A stretch of 64,000 bases of DNA from Aplysia californica (lineage: Eukaryota), in assembly GCF_000002075.1 (NCBI RefSeq), contig NW_004797344.1, positions 1 through 64,000 on the forward strand, read 5' to 3'. The position numbers and the translations under genes were made by a program. Shown here piece after piece: positions 1-15,239 of this stretch (position 1 is the stretch's first letter; the number at the start of each line of letters is the position of its first letter). Below the pieces are notes generated by a model that made no database searches, was not told where the DNA came from, and was given only the letters and a program-made list of their open reading frames with translations.

Positions 1-373
1 TCATCATAAATGTATTATAACAACACATATTTATAAGTGCAATTATATCAACATTGCAGCAGCCTCTCTCTCTCTCCCTTACCCTCAGCGCGCAAAAAGC
101 GCATCTCACACACGCGCATAGTCAAACAAACACATAGCTACCCGTACACGGCACATTCAATGTGCTCACACACACTCACTATGTGGTGAGTTCGCACTAT
201 AAGGCAATGTAATGTGGTGTGAACTAGGTTCGGGACGAGTCCATAGACACTTTTGTTTTCATTATGATTCGCTTAATTACTTTCCGTTTCTAATATTACA
301 CGCGCGCACAACCACACCAAAAACTATTTGCACTCAAGGTGGTGACAACAATTATAGAAAGAAAAGTACTTAC

Positions 374-800
374 CTCTTCTTTTGATAATATCCTACACTT
401 TCTTCAAAATAATAACACATTTGCACATCTACAATCTACACTGTGCGAAGACGATAACGCGACTCTCAGCACTGTGCGTGAGTAGGTCAGGACTGAAGCC
501 AGCCTCTATGCTCCCTGGCTCCAGTGTGTGTGTTGGCCAGGTAAAGCATTCGCTTCAACACTATCTATCGAACGGTTGCAAACTCTTCGTCCTGCGCTTG
601 ATACTCCTAGTAGCAGTACTTGGACGATACAATATTACCTTCATCAACATCAAGATCCATATTTAAGATAAAAATTGAATTTCTATTGCACGATAGTCTT
701 CAAATTCGAGTATTGTAATGATTGTCTAGTGTTATTGGGTGCCCAACTTGGCATGAATCGATCGAGGAAAGGAACTCATTCCCGGATGATAACCTTTGAC
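374..800 (-). other. Possible first (largely 5'UTR) exon of an unidentified gene extending left out of the window
   Basis: Strong donor AG|GTAAGT on the minus strand at 373. Only short ORFs lie upstream, the last being MCYYFEESVGYYQKK.. from 420. The flank is relatively CpG-rich and promoter-like. The 5' boundary is a guess. Confidence 0.3.
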
Positions 801-1439
801 CCTTGACATTATGTTGAACTATTAGGCAAAGAGAACGGTTACGCGTGAGTGCGTAACAACTGCTGGCTTATCTGTAGCGTGAAAATAGCTTTTGCTCGTT
901 GTAGAGTTCGGTATCGTCATTATATTAATGAATAAATGATCTTTAATTTACCCCGGTGAACTGGTTTGTCGGTTGAAAGTAGCGTTCCATGTAGGCCTAA
1001 TAATATAGATCTAGATAATCTAGTGCGCCATGTCGTCAGCTGTAAAATTCTTAGCAAGGGAAAAGGTGTAGAATCAAGGTCCAGTAAGCCTATTGGTTCG
1101 AGTTATAGAGTTGATTTAGATCTATGACACCAAAATAATAACAATTATAACTTAGTTTAGCGCAGGAGAAAATTGTTGGATACGCAGACAGAAGCAACAA
1201 CTAGGGAGCAAATGGAAAGATCTATACCACAGAACAGAAATATTTTAAACTGAATGTTCAAAAGGAAAAAAACCCAAAAAAACCCAACAGCCAGAATACT
1301 CTGAGCTCTACTTCAAAACAAGAGTTCTAGAATGCTCAAAAGACTGCAATTAAGTACAGTCTACTGCCCCGCATGTTATCACGTCATATTGCTTCTTATC
1401 AAGAAACCTGGCTTTTTTCAACGTAGCATATATTCAGTC

Positions 1440-1751
1440 ACGGTCACCAACTAGGAAGTGTTAAGGAAAACAAGAGAGATGAGGTAGGAAGAAGGCGGTT
1501 GAGATGGATTGGACATATTCTCAGGAGGTCAGGCAGCTGCGTTACAAAGAAAATGTTGGATTGGAATCCACAGGGTAAGAGATCAAGGGGAAGACCACAT
1601 GGAACCTGGAGAAGAATCACTGAAATTGATGTACTGAAAATTGGGAAGACATGGAATAAACATAAAGAGGCTAGCCCTGGGCAGAGAAAAGTGGAAAGTG
1701 TTAGTCCGTGGCCAAAACCCTGGTGCCGGGTGAGAAAGGCAATGATGATGT
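1440..1751 (+). mobile_element. RTE-clade LINE 3' fragment
   Basis: Translates RWIGHILRR..LDWNPQGKRSRGRP..TWRR, the RTE C-terminus, and ends in a (GAT)n tail. Confidence 0.85.
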
Positions 1752-4700
1752 ATTTGGTCAGGTACAGATCAGGACAACATACTTTACATTGAAAAGTAGT
1801 TAGTGAAAGACAAAGAGCAGGTGAGAATCTTCGCCAACCACATTCATTCAGGCAGGTGGTTTTAAAATGAAGTCGAGTACAAAGAACTATATTTAAAGTT
1901 TTATTTTCTATTGGATACCGAACACCACATAATTAGCTTTTAAAAAAAATGAACCATATATTTCTACTGATAAGACATAGTCACATACACATGTTCCGCG
2001 TCAGTAAACAGATTTGGACAATGAGAACAAAATAGAACCAGTCCAGTCACAACAGGGTGACCAAAAGAGTGTAATGTGTTATGTTCCTGTTCAGTTAACA
2101 ACACAAGTGAGTCTCCAACAATATAAGGCTCAGAGGCATCTGCTTGAACCGAAATCTGGGGGGCCGCCGGATTTTCTTTGGTTTAACCGGGATATCAGTT
2201 TAGAGAGATAGCTCAAATAAAAGAAAAAGAATTGAGGAGTTTATATTAAATTAATAATACTAATTAAANNNNNNNNNNNNNNNNNNNNNNNNNNNNNNNN
2301 NNNNNNNNNNNNNNNNNNNNNNNNNNNNNNNNNNNNNNNNNNNNNNNNNNNNNNNNNNNNNNNNNNNNNNNNNNNNNNNNNNNNNNNNNNNNNNNNNNNN
2401 NNNNNNNNNNNNNNNNNNNNNNNNNNNNNNNNNNNNNNNNNNNNNNNNNNNNNNNNNNNNNNNNNNNNNNNNNNNNNNNNNNNNNNNNNNNNNNNNNNNN
2501 NNNNNNNNNNNNNNNNNNNNNNNNNNNNNNNNNNNNNNNNNNNNNNNNNNNNNNNNNNNNNNNNNNNNNNNNNNNNNNNNNNNNNNNNNNNNNNNNNNNN
2601 NNNNNNNNNNNNNNNNNNNNNNNNNNNNNNNNNNNNNNNNNNNNNNNNNNNNNNNNNNNNNNNNNNNNNNNNNNNNNNNNNNNNNNNNNNNNNNNNNNNN
2701 NNNNNNNNNNNNNNNNNNNNNNNNNNNNNNNNNNNNNNNNNNNNNNNNNNNNNNNNNNNNNNNNNNNNNNNNNNNNNNNNNNNNNNNNNNNNNNNNNNNN
2801 NNNNNNNNNNNNNNNNNNNNNNNNNNNNNNNNNNNNNNNNNNNNNNNNNNNNNNNNNNNNNNNNNNNNNNNNNNGGGGGGGGTATTCCTTTTTTCCCCCA
2901 ACTACCCACTATAGAGGCGATTATGGGAATCACATCAAAGGGCACTTGAGTTCAAGCTTTCACATGCAGTGGCGAAGCGTCTACAAAATCAAATAATTAC
3001 TGTTTCCCTTCCTTGATGGGTAGGACTCAAGGAGGTTATGTAGTAAGATCTTTTGTAGGCTTACATCGTCACAGTCAAATTAACCCATAGACTGTGATAG
3101 AAAATGGCCTTATGAATACCGGTATCTAAATAGTAATAGGTGTCCAGGAAATCACCAATGAGCAGCGTGCACAACATTCGAAACCTAAGCCATCTTAGAA
3201 GAGCTTAGCTCGACACTGTTTCAGCATAAATACGCTGCTCACCCCTTTCAGGCCACTCTCATTTTAAGAAGTCACAAGCGCTGATTATGTAAGCTATACA
3301 ATTAAACTGGTGCAGTGTACTTCAAAAAGATGATGAGGGTGGGGACTTATTCCATGACTGCTGCTGTAAATACGTTGTACATGCACTTTTTTTCCCCTCG
3401 ACTTTTCAACGTCATTTAATCTGCCACTGCCTGATTATCGGCTCCGGTCGTGAAAGACTAGATATAAAAAGACATCCAAATTTGAAACAAACTGATAATA
3501 CATGTCGTGTAGTATTGTCTTCGCTATCTGCTTCTTTAACTTCTGTTTGTGCATTCATATATTTTAGTTGCATTTACTTTTTAAAAAATTTGAGACTATT
3601 AATCCCATCGCATGTTTAAAAGTTATGCTTACCTTTTAGTAATAAATATTAATCAATGAGATATTTTCTCGATTATGTTGGCGTGTCAATAATATACATG
3701 TACAACATAAATTGAAGATTTGCAATTCAGTAATGCTACCTCGAATATGAAGTTTTGTTGATTAATTATGTTCACATTGTGGGGAAAGCTTTTCCTGTGT
3801 GGACTTATCTGTACCAGGTTCTTTGTCTTACATTGATTATGACCAAGTCAGCCTTCGCCCCTGTACATATCTATAGGCCCTACTCAGATGTAGATCTATT
3901 CTTCTCTCTGGAACCAAGTTTAAGGGTTTTTGACTATCCTTTTCACACCAGAAGACATAGTAAACGCAAAGCGCACATAAGTATGTAGATGTGAACAACA
4001 TGATATGAAGACACCGGTTTACATGTTGAATTTTCTGCTTTCAACAATTTACGTACTCTTCCTTTTTTAAAAGAACAATTAAAACAAAAACACACTAAAA
4101 TACCTTTTAATGTTATTTGTAATGTTACAACGCGTGTGCAATTACACAACACAAGGCGTGTTCTCTGTTCAACCATAATCAAAGACTCTTCTTTATCGAA
4201 TTGGGCACGGGACGGCTGTTGTCATAAAATTTAGTTTTTTATAACCTACCATCAACCACAAGCNNNNNNNNNNNNNNNNNNNNNNNNNNNNNNNNNNNNN
4301 NNNNNNNNNNNNNNNNNNNNNNNNNNNNNNNNNNNNNNNNNNNNNNNNNNNNNNNNNNNNNNNNNNNNNNNNNNNNNNNNNNNNNNNNNNNNNNNNNNNN
4401 NNNNNNNNNNNNNNNNNNNNNNNNNNNNNNNNNNNNNNNNNNNNNNNNNNNNNNNNNNNNNNNNNNNNNNNNNNNNNNNNNNNNNNNNNNNNNNNNNNNN
4501 NNNNNNNNNNNNNNNNNNNNNNNNNNNNNNNNNNNNNNNNNNNNNNNNNNNNNNNNNNNNNNNNNNNNNNNNNNNNNNNNNNNNNNNNNNNNNNNNNNNN
4601 NNNNNNNNNNNNNNNNNNNNNNNNNNNNNNNNNNNNNNNNNNNNNNNNNNNNNNNNNNNNNNNNNNNNNNNNNNNNNNNNNNNNNNNNNNNNNNNNNNNN

Positions 4701-5632
4701 NNNNNNNNNNNNNNNNNNNNNNNNNNNNNNNNNNNNNNNNNNNNNNNNNNNNNNNNNNNNNNNNNNNNNNNNNNNNNNNNNNNNNNNNNNNNNNNNNNNN
4801 NNNNNNNNNNNNNNNNNNNNNNNNNNNNNNNNNNNNNNNNNNNNNNNNNNNNNNNNNNNNNNNNNNNNNNNNNNNNNNNNNNNNNNNNNNNNNNNNNNNN
4901 NNNNNNNNNNNNNNNNNNNNNNNNNNNNNNNNNNNNNNNNNNNNNNNNNNNNNNNNNNNNNNNNNNNNNNNNNNNNNNNNNNNNNNNNNNNNNNNNNNNN
5001 NNNNNNNNNNNNNNNNNNNNNNNNNNNNNNNNNNNNNNNNNNNNNNNNNNNNNNNNNNNNNNNNNNNNNNNNNNNNNNNNNNNNNNNNNNNNNNNNNNNN
5101 NNNNNNNNNNNNNTTAACTGTAACAGTTGTGAGCCGGCGTGATAAACAAACGCGACAAAACAGCTGTGAATCACTTGTCTATTTGAACGCCTTCAAATCG
5201 GCAAGGCGCTTTTTGACTGTTGATACATCTTTGTTTGGATTTACTTAAAACTGAATGAAAATCATCATCAGCAATAAATCTTTTGTCAACTGTCCAGTTG
5301 ACAAAAATTTGACCGGCCAGTTAACAAACCGCCCCTGATTATCAGTATATTCATTATCATCATTATAATTATCATTATCATCATCATCATTTTCGCTGAA
5401 TCCGTGCGATTAATATGCAACGGCTACTCTGATTTCCTACCCTGACCGTATCATGAAGGCCCAAAAAGTCGCTGAAGCATTATGCCATAGTTTACCTGTG
5501 GGGCAGGAATATACTGGATTACATTATTCTGGTGGCTTTGGGGTTATTATAGAAGTGGATGTCAGGAGACTTCTTCATGCAACCGTAAGTGGGAATATGA
5601 CAAAGGTCGACTGCTTGACATTCAACATGAGA

Positions 5633-5635
<3 letters not shown>

Positions 5636-5708
<73 letters not shown>
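5636..5708. repeat. (GA)n microsatellite
   Basis: Seen directly. Confidence 0.97.
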
Positions 5709-5712
<4 letters not shown>

Positions 5713-6339
5713 GGGAGAGAAGTTATTAAGATGAACAATCTTTTCTGTTCGTGCTTTCACTAGTTTGATTTGAAAGGAAACAAAATCTATTCACAAATGG
5801 TCACACTGGGTGATAATGAAAAAATTTGCTGATGCTGTTGGTGATGGTGGTGGTGTCGGTGTTTTTGTTGTTTTGTTGTTGTTGTTGTTTTCGGGGAGGG
5901 GGATGAAGGGGCATCATGACCACAGTTTTAGACGCTAAATTTGATCCGTATTCGGAGTGTGTATGTGCGTGAGAGGGGGGGGGGGGGGGGGGGGGGGCTC
6001 AAGGGCTCAGGACTCTAACCTCAGCTTTACGAATACAGGACCGTTACCCCGAAAGTAAACGGGTAGTCTAAGTTAAAAACTGGTAGCACTACGAAACCCA
6101 GACACTGAATTCCAACTTGACATGTTGAAATACATGGACGCCGAACTTCACGAGAGCAAGCCGCTGCAGACGTATCAGCAAACCTCTTAAGCGTTCGCTT
6201 CCGTCCTAGGCTAGCTCACCCAAATCTCCAAAATGCCCACTAGGGCCTATAGTCTATCAAGGCAGATATTTGTTCGTTTGGAGAAAAAGAAGCACATCGA
6301 CACAATAATGGTCATTTAGTGCTGCGAAAAGGAAAGACA

Positions 6340-6355
6340 CACAGACAGGCAAACC

Positions 6356-6391
<36 letters not shown>

Positions 6392-6392
6392 T

Positions 6393-6424
<32 letters not shown>
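6340..6424. repeat. (GACA)n microsatellite
   Basis: Seen directly. Confidence 0.95.
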
Positions 6425-6425
<1 letters not shown>

Positions 6426-6961
6426 GGGAAAGTAAAGAAGTAGAACCTACCAAATGCGCCCTCCAACCTCCCGCTCATGGCAGATTAGAGAGCCATGTTG
6501 AAATATTTAAGGATCTTTCGTTAGCTGCCTTTAAGCTCATAGGGTAGGCTTTAAGCCATAGAGCTAAATAAAATCTTTAAAAAGATACCCCTCCCCCAAT
6601 TAAATAAAAAAAATGAATGAATAAATACGGTGTCCATGGTGTAGTGGTTGGACATTTCTCCATTGCACTCAATGGACTGAATTAGGTCACTGCGTAGAGC
6701 AGCGTGTGTTATTATGGAGTGCTGGTATCTCTGTTTTTCTGTTGGGATAATAGATGCCGTTCCACCCAAGTTGACTCTTCTTCCAGCATGATCAAGGTTG
6801 TGTTGATGGGAGTGCAACACCATGTTTTCAATCATCACACAGAGTAGCTTACTGTCCCTTTCACAAATCACTGCAGCTGTCTCAAAATGTCCTTTGTGTA
6901 GCCACCTTTAGTTACGATCTCGTTTGCAAACCCTTTAAAGTTAAAGTCTTCTTCTTCTCCC

Positions 6962-7018
<57 letters not shown>
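6962..7018. repeat. (CTAT)n microsatellite
   Basis: Seen directly. Confidence 0.97.
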
Positions 7019-8324
7019 AGTTCAACAGATAGATGAGCAGCACCACATCCAATGGAATAAACGATCACATTGCTTGTATGTGCGTAGACAAAAGTGGCAC
7101 AACGTAGCTCTGTTATCACTGGAACTCAGTACATGCACCATGCTGGGCGACAGTGTGGATGGCTTTAGTTCGAATACTCAATAGGGCGTTCTTGGATTAG
7201 GGTCCTTTGGTGAGTTTTTAAACCATATTCCTGGAGAGCCCAGAAAACTTTGGGGAAAACAAACAAACAAACAAACAAAAACGTCAACTTAAGTCCAAGA
7301 ACGTCTCTTTCGGGGGTGGGGGGTGGGGGGTAAAATTGTAAAGGTTTAAGGCCCCTATCAACACTATTAGGTTATTTTTCTCTTTGGGTATTCGAATCAA
7401 ATAGAGTGTAACTGAACAATTAAAAACTTTCTCCGTTCTGTTTCATAATGGACCCTGCCGTTCCCTCACTCTATTTTTTTTTCTTAAAGTTTAACGGTAG
7501 AGTCATGATGACTCCATAGAGTAATTTTACATGGTTTTCAAAAAGTGATCGGTGTTTTCTCCTCTGCAGCCTCCGTTCGGTTTCGTGAGATTTGACTTTG
7601 AGGAATCTTCTGGAAACTGGAACGTTGAGATTTTTTAAAAAGCATACCCACTACCCACTAAGATTTAACTTATTTAGAGTTAGAGTCTCGAACTTCCGCA
7701 CGGTAGATCAAGTTTGTAACCTACTGGGCGACAGTTGTCAGCCATAAGAAATTAAGATTCCCGTGGGACTCTGGTAAATTAAATTGTCACAGACAGAGCT
7801 TCATCCGAAGTTCAGTTGGCTTTCTTGGTTTATTATTTCTGCTGATGCAGCACAAAACACAAACATGTCGTTTCGTTTGGTTTAGCAAGCGTTTTACTGC
7901 ACTTGCAACATAATTAGGTCATATAAGTGCCGAAGATTAGAACTGTAGCAAGAGAGTAACAAACATACACACACAAAAAAAGGAGGCTGATAGATGTTTA
8001 GATAGATAGAATAGGGACTAAACCGAAAAGGATCAGGGGATCTCGAGGAAGGGTGAACAGGTTTTTTTTAACATAGCCTATGAAATGACCTTTGCACCAT
8101 ACTTGTTATTATCACCAATTCAGCGCTTTTCCTTTTTGTGAGGGAGTACATCAATAAACATAGCGCTTACTACGAGTAACACCAGTGCGATTCTTAGTCT
8201 TACTCTTACACTTGCACCCCTTTCTGAAAATTGTGAATTACTTCAGAAAAAGTAAAAAGACGAAACATGTACAATTTCGTCATTTTTTTTCCAGTGTAGA
8301 TGTTTTACGCACCCATCAACACAC

Positions 8325-8520
8325 TGTAGATGATTTAAGAGGCGGGCTTCCGATCCTGCCCGTTAGGGCCAATCTTGGCGGAGAGGGATACAACATTCCA
8401 GCAAAGAGACCGGGATACTTGTTCCCCAAAAAATATTCGCCCCACCCCGGAATTGAACTCGGGTCTCCTTCATTCGACAGCGAAGCGTCTAACGGTCTAA
8501 CCGCTCACAACAGACGTCGG
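8325..8520 (-). mobile_element. tRNA-derived SINE (same family as 45786-45948)
   Basis: B box GAGTTCAATTCC, followed by a body GTTGTATCC(C/T)TCTCCGCC..GGCAGG(A/G)TCGGAAGCCC shared with the copy near 45800. Confidence 0.75.
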
Positions 8521-11500
8521 TACAAAACATCGGATATGTCGTCAATGTAGGACGTTTTAGTTTTTTTTAGTAAGGTTTTACGGCGTTCTAAACTGCATAA
8601 GGTCATATGAGCGCCAAGGGGTGGATGTCAACAGAAAAGTCCAAACGTGGAATCAGGCTTACTCTGCTCACCTCTCTAGCTTCAACAGCACAAAGTCTGC
8701 TTCGACTATCAAGGCACCCCGGAAATAGCAGTTCACAAGAGAGTAACTAACATGCCAAAGAAGTAAAGGAAAAATGACGATAGTAAGAACAATGAGGAAA
8801 GAAAAAGCAGCAGTTGCCCCCGAGTTGTTTCGGCATAGTATGACGTACCAAGGCATTGATAAGTCAGCCCATTTACAATTCTACTGTGTATACGAACATG
8901 TTAATATCCCCCCTTTGGGAATGGTCTAAAGACTCCTCAGTCAGTGGCACTGCCCGCGGGGGGGGGGGGGGGGGGGGGGGGGGGGGTAAATGGACAAAAT
9001 GTAGAGTCAAGCACAAAGGAAGAGCTTGGGGTGAAAATGGCTACAAATATGATTCATGATCCTGACCTGTACCGGAATATAAAACATAGAAGTTGAAAGT
9101 TTTATTTCCATAACTTCAAGGGGGGGGGGGGGATTACTTTTTTAAAGCTAGATAAATAGTTCAACGTGCAGACATTTTTTTTATAGAACAAAGATTGCTC
9201 CTAAAATACGAGCAAATCTGAGAAGAAAAAAAATCAACAAAAGACCGAACAATTTTGTGAATTAAAAAAAACTTGTGCATTTATTTCCATAAATTTTCCC
9301 CCAACAGCAACATAAAACAAGTAACAATTCAGTCCTGTAATGAAAAAAGACCACAAGTGCCAGCCAGGCCACGTTAACAACACATTTTTAGCACCATTAA
9401 ACACGGGTGGGGGAGGGGGCGAAGAGGGTGTGCTCATCCTTTCATCCCATGGGTCAATAACATTGTCTATTGAACTCTGGACACACAATACATGACATAT
9501 CCCTGAACGGAGTTGAGATTTGTACTTAGCAAACAATCATACAGATAAGACCTACAAATTCATAATATCTGTGCCGGCCTAAGAGTTGGTAAAAAGATCC
9601 TAAAATTCTCTAAATAACCAACTTGATACCATACATAGTAGGCCTCCCACTTTCTTGCAAAAAGTTGGTGGGGAGAGGATTTTTGGTTGTTTGTTTGTTT
9701 CGTTTTATAGCTTTTGGAACACATGGTCTTCCTACAAAACAAGACAACACATTGCCCACAAATTATGTATGTACAATTTTTACAAAATACCAATATCAAA
9801 ATATCTATAAAGCAATCACAGGTAAGAAGTTACAAGTTTCATAAAAGTTGATGAAACAAAAAAAAATATATATGTACAGAACACTAGCCACAAGCCCAGA
9901 CATAAAGTAGGCCTATAGGCCATTCTTGCAATAGATCTAACAGAAGTGTAACAACTGTAAGTGAATAAGAAACAATTGAGTAAAAAAAACAAACCAATAT
10001 TTTTTTTTGCTCAACTTGAAAGAAAAAACACTAAAATGTCAACAATGTCAAACTTGCTATAAGAAATTAACAGAAAACAAAAAATACTCCACAGAGATGT
10101 GTCACACTTCAGACATTGCCAGCCATACCATCTATGAAAACTGTTAACCATGTAGGCTACGATGCAAAGATCAAATTATACAGATGTGTCTGCTTGAACA
10201 AAGCAGAGAAAAGTCAAACTGATTGGAGCACACTTCAGAACAGCCCTTGTAACGCTTTCAAACAATAAAATGGATGAAAGCTACACAAATAGGCAGACAA
10301 AAAAGTGTAATTCCGAAATACTCAGACTTACATGGTTAGCAATTTTCAGATGATAGGACATAATCAATTCTTCCCTTGCATACAAAATGCAACACAAGCA
10401 ATTCTTCTTGATGCTCATTCTCTTTGCACTTATTTGTTCACAAACTGCAGAAAACAGCAAGACAATCAGGCAAAATCATTCTAGCAACAAAAAAAGTGTG
10501 ATGCTTTAAATAACCAGCAGAAAATACATTTTGAAGAAAAAAAACCCCCCATCTACAATACAGAAATTCCATTGCACAACCAGAAACCAAACTAGTATGC
10601 TAATATTTTTTAGTTTAATAGGTTTTCAAGGACACCATCTCTTTGAAGTTCAATGTATGTAAATTGTAAAATGGTATCGTATTTCAGATGTGCTTTCACT
10701 TAGGCAGACTTGAATTCACTCAGTGCATAAAGCGAACGTTTCTCCATGTTTGTTTTAGCTAAGATACTCAAGGAAAGACAAAGGCCCTACCCCGATGCTT
10801 AAAGCAAAATACCTTCCATGTATATCTACATCTGCTCTGTATAAATGTTTTGGATATAAAAATTACAATTTATAGGCTCATCACTGCTGTACTGGTATTA
10901 TCATACAGTTTACTACAATTCACACTCCATTTTAATATCAGAAAGTACACCTTCCAGGCCAGTCGATGATGGCAAACACAAATTAGAAGTTTTCAGGTCT
11001 TTCGGAAAAGTAAATCCATCTGACACAAGCAAATTAACTCTTACTTCAGTCATACGGTACATGTTTCAAGAAAACTCGTGTTATTTCAGTCATAGGGTTC
11101 GAGGTTCAAGAAAACCTATGCTCTTATAGGCAGGACACATTTGGTCTATCCAGAGTCAGGGCATCAGGTTGAGAGGACTGAATAAAAGTCATTGGAACCC
11201 CGCTATGATTCAAACCTTAAATTAGAAATGGGCAGATCAAATTCAGAACATAATTTGCCACAGTGGCTTAAAAATTAAAGCTTACAAATAAATAAAATGC
11301 GTGAGAGCTGTACCTAAAACTAAGATTTCAGCACTACCTCTGTTTCACTAATATGAAGTATGCAACATGGATGGCGGCTGGTGCCTCTATAAACTATAAA
11401 TAAATCATTGATGGTCAAGGTCAAGGGCGAAGTAAGCACAGTTCAACATTACATAGTGTAGAGACGAAATACGGTCAACAGATTTGACTGGAGGTAAATG

Positions 11501-12203
11501 ACATATGAGGCAGAGCGCAGAAGGAAAAGGGAAAAAAACGGACGGTCACAAACGTCCATACAAACCTATCACACTCTTTTTGTTTTCTGTTACACACATA
11601 AGCATCAGGGACATTGATGCATACCAATCTATACCAGGCTGAAATGAATACATTCTGCTGTCCCAAAAATTGTAACAGAGCATATTTTATAAATTTTTAA
11701 AAGCAAACATTTTCAATTTGAGAAAAACTATTTCTTCGAGTAGAAACTTTAAGCTAAAACAGCTTTCGGAAACTCCTTAACTCTTTAAGCATGTAATGAG
11801 GCTTACAGCTTTAGTCGGGAAATCACGAAACCACAGAAGAACACTGTTAGCATTTATCAGAATTTCCCACTGGGTATTTGAACCAAGGCCATCCACACCA
11901 CAGCCCATTGGGCATTATGCAATATACCAAATGAGCTAACGGAGTGCCTTTCATGGAACTCACCTGGTGTGAATGACTGTATCTTAAAAAAAAATAACAA
12001 CCCAATACGTATATTGTGAGGTCTACAAAAGCAATATGTAGCATACCCTAACACTACACAAAAGTCAGGTATTCAGGTGTGAGGTACCCCATTAAAACAG
12101 ACAAATGCGCAATCATCATATTTCCTACATGTTGACATCTACAAAACACTTGGTCATTTGACACCAACCTCACTAGATTAATATACCACTCTTTAAAGTA
12201 AGT

Positions 12204-12389
12204 ACCATCGAACCTGTCCAAGACAACCACACATTATTGAGGATACAACTGGTCATTGTAGACAGGTAGTCCTTTTGAACAGCGTCATTATCAAATATAG
12301 GAAAAAAAAAACATAAGGGGGAAATGGGAAGTGGTTGTTTGTACAGGTAGTTGTCTTATACAGGTGGTTGCTTGAGCAGGTTCAACTAC
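12204..12389. mobile_element. Degenerate Tc1/pogo-type MITE
   Basis: Imperfect terminal inverted repeats GAACCTGTCCAAGACAACCAC / GTGGTTGCTTGAGCAGGTTC. Related sequence at ~44860-45030. Confidence 0.55.
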
Positions 12390-12897
12390 AATTATTCATA
12401 TATATATATATATATAGGGGGAGTATTTCAAATTGTATTTCTTGACCCAAATAAATATGATCATATACATCCACAACAAAGTGGAAGCTATAAACCAACC
12501 ATATGTAATACTGAGAAATTATGAAAATCCACCATGCATGGCAAATATTAAGACTCTCCATAAATAGCAGAAGTTACACCAAGCTGGAATGTCCTTCTAT
12601 TGTACCGGTACATCTGTCATTATACACGTACACTGTACTGACTTTCTCCTCCCATACATATATCTTGAGTGAAATGATGACCTTTATGAACAATACTGCA
12701 CAGAAAGTATTGACCAAAAAGCTGACGAGACAATTACGTCTACAAACACACTCTCAGATTATTAATTTCATTTCAATCCTTTGAACCCTTGATCCTGACT
12801 GTTCTCAAATCACCAAACTCTATGTACTTGATCAAGACTCAAAGTGCACGGGACTTACAGGATACCCACAAATACTCAATGGGCTGATTAAACAGCC

Positions 12898-13075
12898 CAG
12901 GCTTGCCAACTTTCCAAAAACCTAATTGGGGCACCCAAGTTTATAACATCAGATTACATTACAAAATTACATTGAATACCGGTAGTTTTGGTGTGGTAAG
13001 CTGAAATGCCATCTCAAATTCCCCAATGTCGAATTTGGGACAGTTCTGGGAAATTTTGGACAGTTGGCAAGCCCG
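12898..13075. mobile_element. hAT-like MITE
   Basis: Inverted ends GGGCTTGCCAACT / AGTTGGCAAGCCC. Confidence 0.55.
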
Positions 13076-15239
13076 TCAGCTTAAAACACAAAGAAATACA
13101 TCTGAGCAGATTCATCAGTCATGTGGGTTCAAAAGGTTAAATTCTCAGTACTTGAATACATACGAGCTATGAAAATAATACAACCACTGCAGACCCTCTC
13201 ATCATCTGAACAAATTGAACCTCACATCACATATATAATAATAATACTAATAAGTTCTACCGTTAGGCCCAACATGAAAATACTCTGACAAATAGTGGTA
13301 AGTAGAGATCATACAAACATGTACACTGCGGCATTTGAGGTTTGAGAGTTTTTGTTCACTCTGTTGCAAATATACAATAAATAAAACAAAGAGTATCCCA
13401 ATGCATACTCAACTAAAAAAATTCTTTTCTGATCTGCTCACTGTGTACCACCCAAGTATTATGTACCTATGACAAGCTCATTTACATGAATTATGATCAG
13501 CATGCTTTTATCGTAAATCGACAACGAATACATTCAAGAGAAATTTCTCAAATCTTGCTTGCTTGTGTAGGTTCTGAACAAAAGCATTGACCTGTGAATC
13601 ACTATAACTATTTAAGTTTTCCTCATCCAGCACCACCGAAAAGTAAGAACATCGACAAAAATAATCACGCAAAATTTTTTAATAAAAATTAGGTCCTTTC
13701 AGAAAAAAGGATCCAATATTGTCAATCACCAGCACTTTTATTTAATTACCAAATACTAATAAAACTCTTTGCTGCCAGATGCAGTTGAGACAAACGTTTT
13801 AAACAGATGTAAATGACTGTCCATTTGGCAGTACATTTTCTCCCTCACCACCTGAGAGTAACAAAATAAATTTTCAACACGCTATCCATGTCACTCAAAC
13901 TGAAGCTTATACAACACGAAAATAATTCATCCCAGTTGAAAGAAACATGGTTCTGTGCTAAAACAAAGTTCTGAGTACTTAATTAGATTACACTGTATAA
14001 CCATACACCAAGAACTTAAAAAGAAATTCATCCATTCAAAATTTAAAATCATACAATCCAACAACACCCACAACTGTGCACTGCATTTTATAAGCGTGAA
14101 AAAATGTCCTGGGCAATTCTTTCCCTCTAAAATAGTGACGTCTGATTACAGAATACTAAATATATAACTTTCAACCGATTTGAAGAGACCCAAAACTGTT
14201 AATACCGGTACAGTAAGGACAAAAACATTTAAAACGACTGATCCTCCCTGGCAAAGTCTGAAAGATAACAAAAAGTCATCTGTGCTAATGATTATCGATG
14301 TCTGCCCATGGAATATCACATTACAAAGATAGCCTTGTTCAAGCTGACTGAAAAAAATGCTTGTCATACCCACCTGGTTATGGTGAACTCTTGTATTACA
14401 AAAAGTAGGCTACTAGTATGTCATAATTTGCTCTGAAGTTCTCAATTTAGTGTAAAAGAAATTAAAGATGCTTTAAGTCCCTCAGTACAGTCAGAAAAAC
14501 ATTTAAATGTTCAATGTACATGTACTGTCTTTCATGATTGAGTTCTGCTATTGTTATGAGATCAGGACCATCGAAAAAGGCTAAAACTACTTAGCTTTAA
14601 AAGCCAAATACAATACTTTTGTTAACACAACTAATCTCTCAAAAATCAGAGCAGTTTCAATTATCTAAATCATGAATACACATGAAGTAACTGCTAGTAT
14701 CTTCTTTCATTTTTCATATACGACAAAAAAATCTTACATGGCAGTCTTAAACAGTTACTATTCATATCTAAACATGTTATTAACTTTTTTCATTATAAAA
14801 TAAATAACACATAAAATCAAATCTCTTACATAAAAGTCACCCACAGGAGACACAACAAAAACCCCTCACAAAACCTAAACAACGTTTTAAAAACATGAGA
14901 AGTCCCAGATCATCCAGTGCTAGTAGAATAAGAAGGTCGACAAACAGACCTAACTGAACCAGTAACAACTTCTTTCAGAAATTAGAAAAGAAAGATACCC
15001 GAATTTCAATGCAAACATTAATCTCGGAATAGAAAAGATTTGTCAGTTTTCTTATATTCCGAAATTTCAGGAAGGCTTTTTACAAGGTATATGTAAGACA
15101 TGCTAACTACAAGTGTCTTGAAATTCTTTTTTCTTTTTCAGAAAGAAGTTTGAAAGGACGGAGGGAGAGAAACAACTTTTGAGACTGGAAACAACAAAAT
15201 TTTTAAGACATCAAGTAAAAATGACAGGAACATTGCTAA

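Noticed and set aside
2241-5174. Long ORFs of 213-311 aa in the track
   Set aside because: They are runs of N (assembly gaps ~2269-2874 and ~4264-5113); the same applies at ~23258-23357
5453-6478. ORFs with ERERER, SLSLSL and SVCL repeats (also 52479-52932)
   Set aside because: Translations of microsatellites and low-complexity DNA
6551-6910. 106-aa minus-strand ORF, vaguely like a LINE endonuclease relic
   Set aside because: No convincing motifs, so it cannot be assigned
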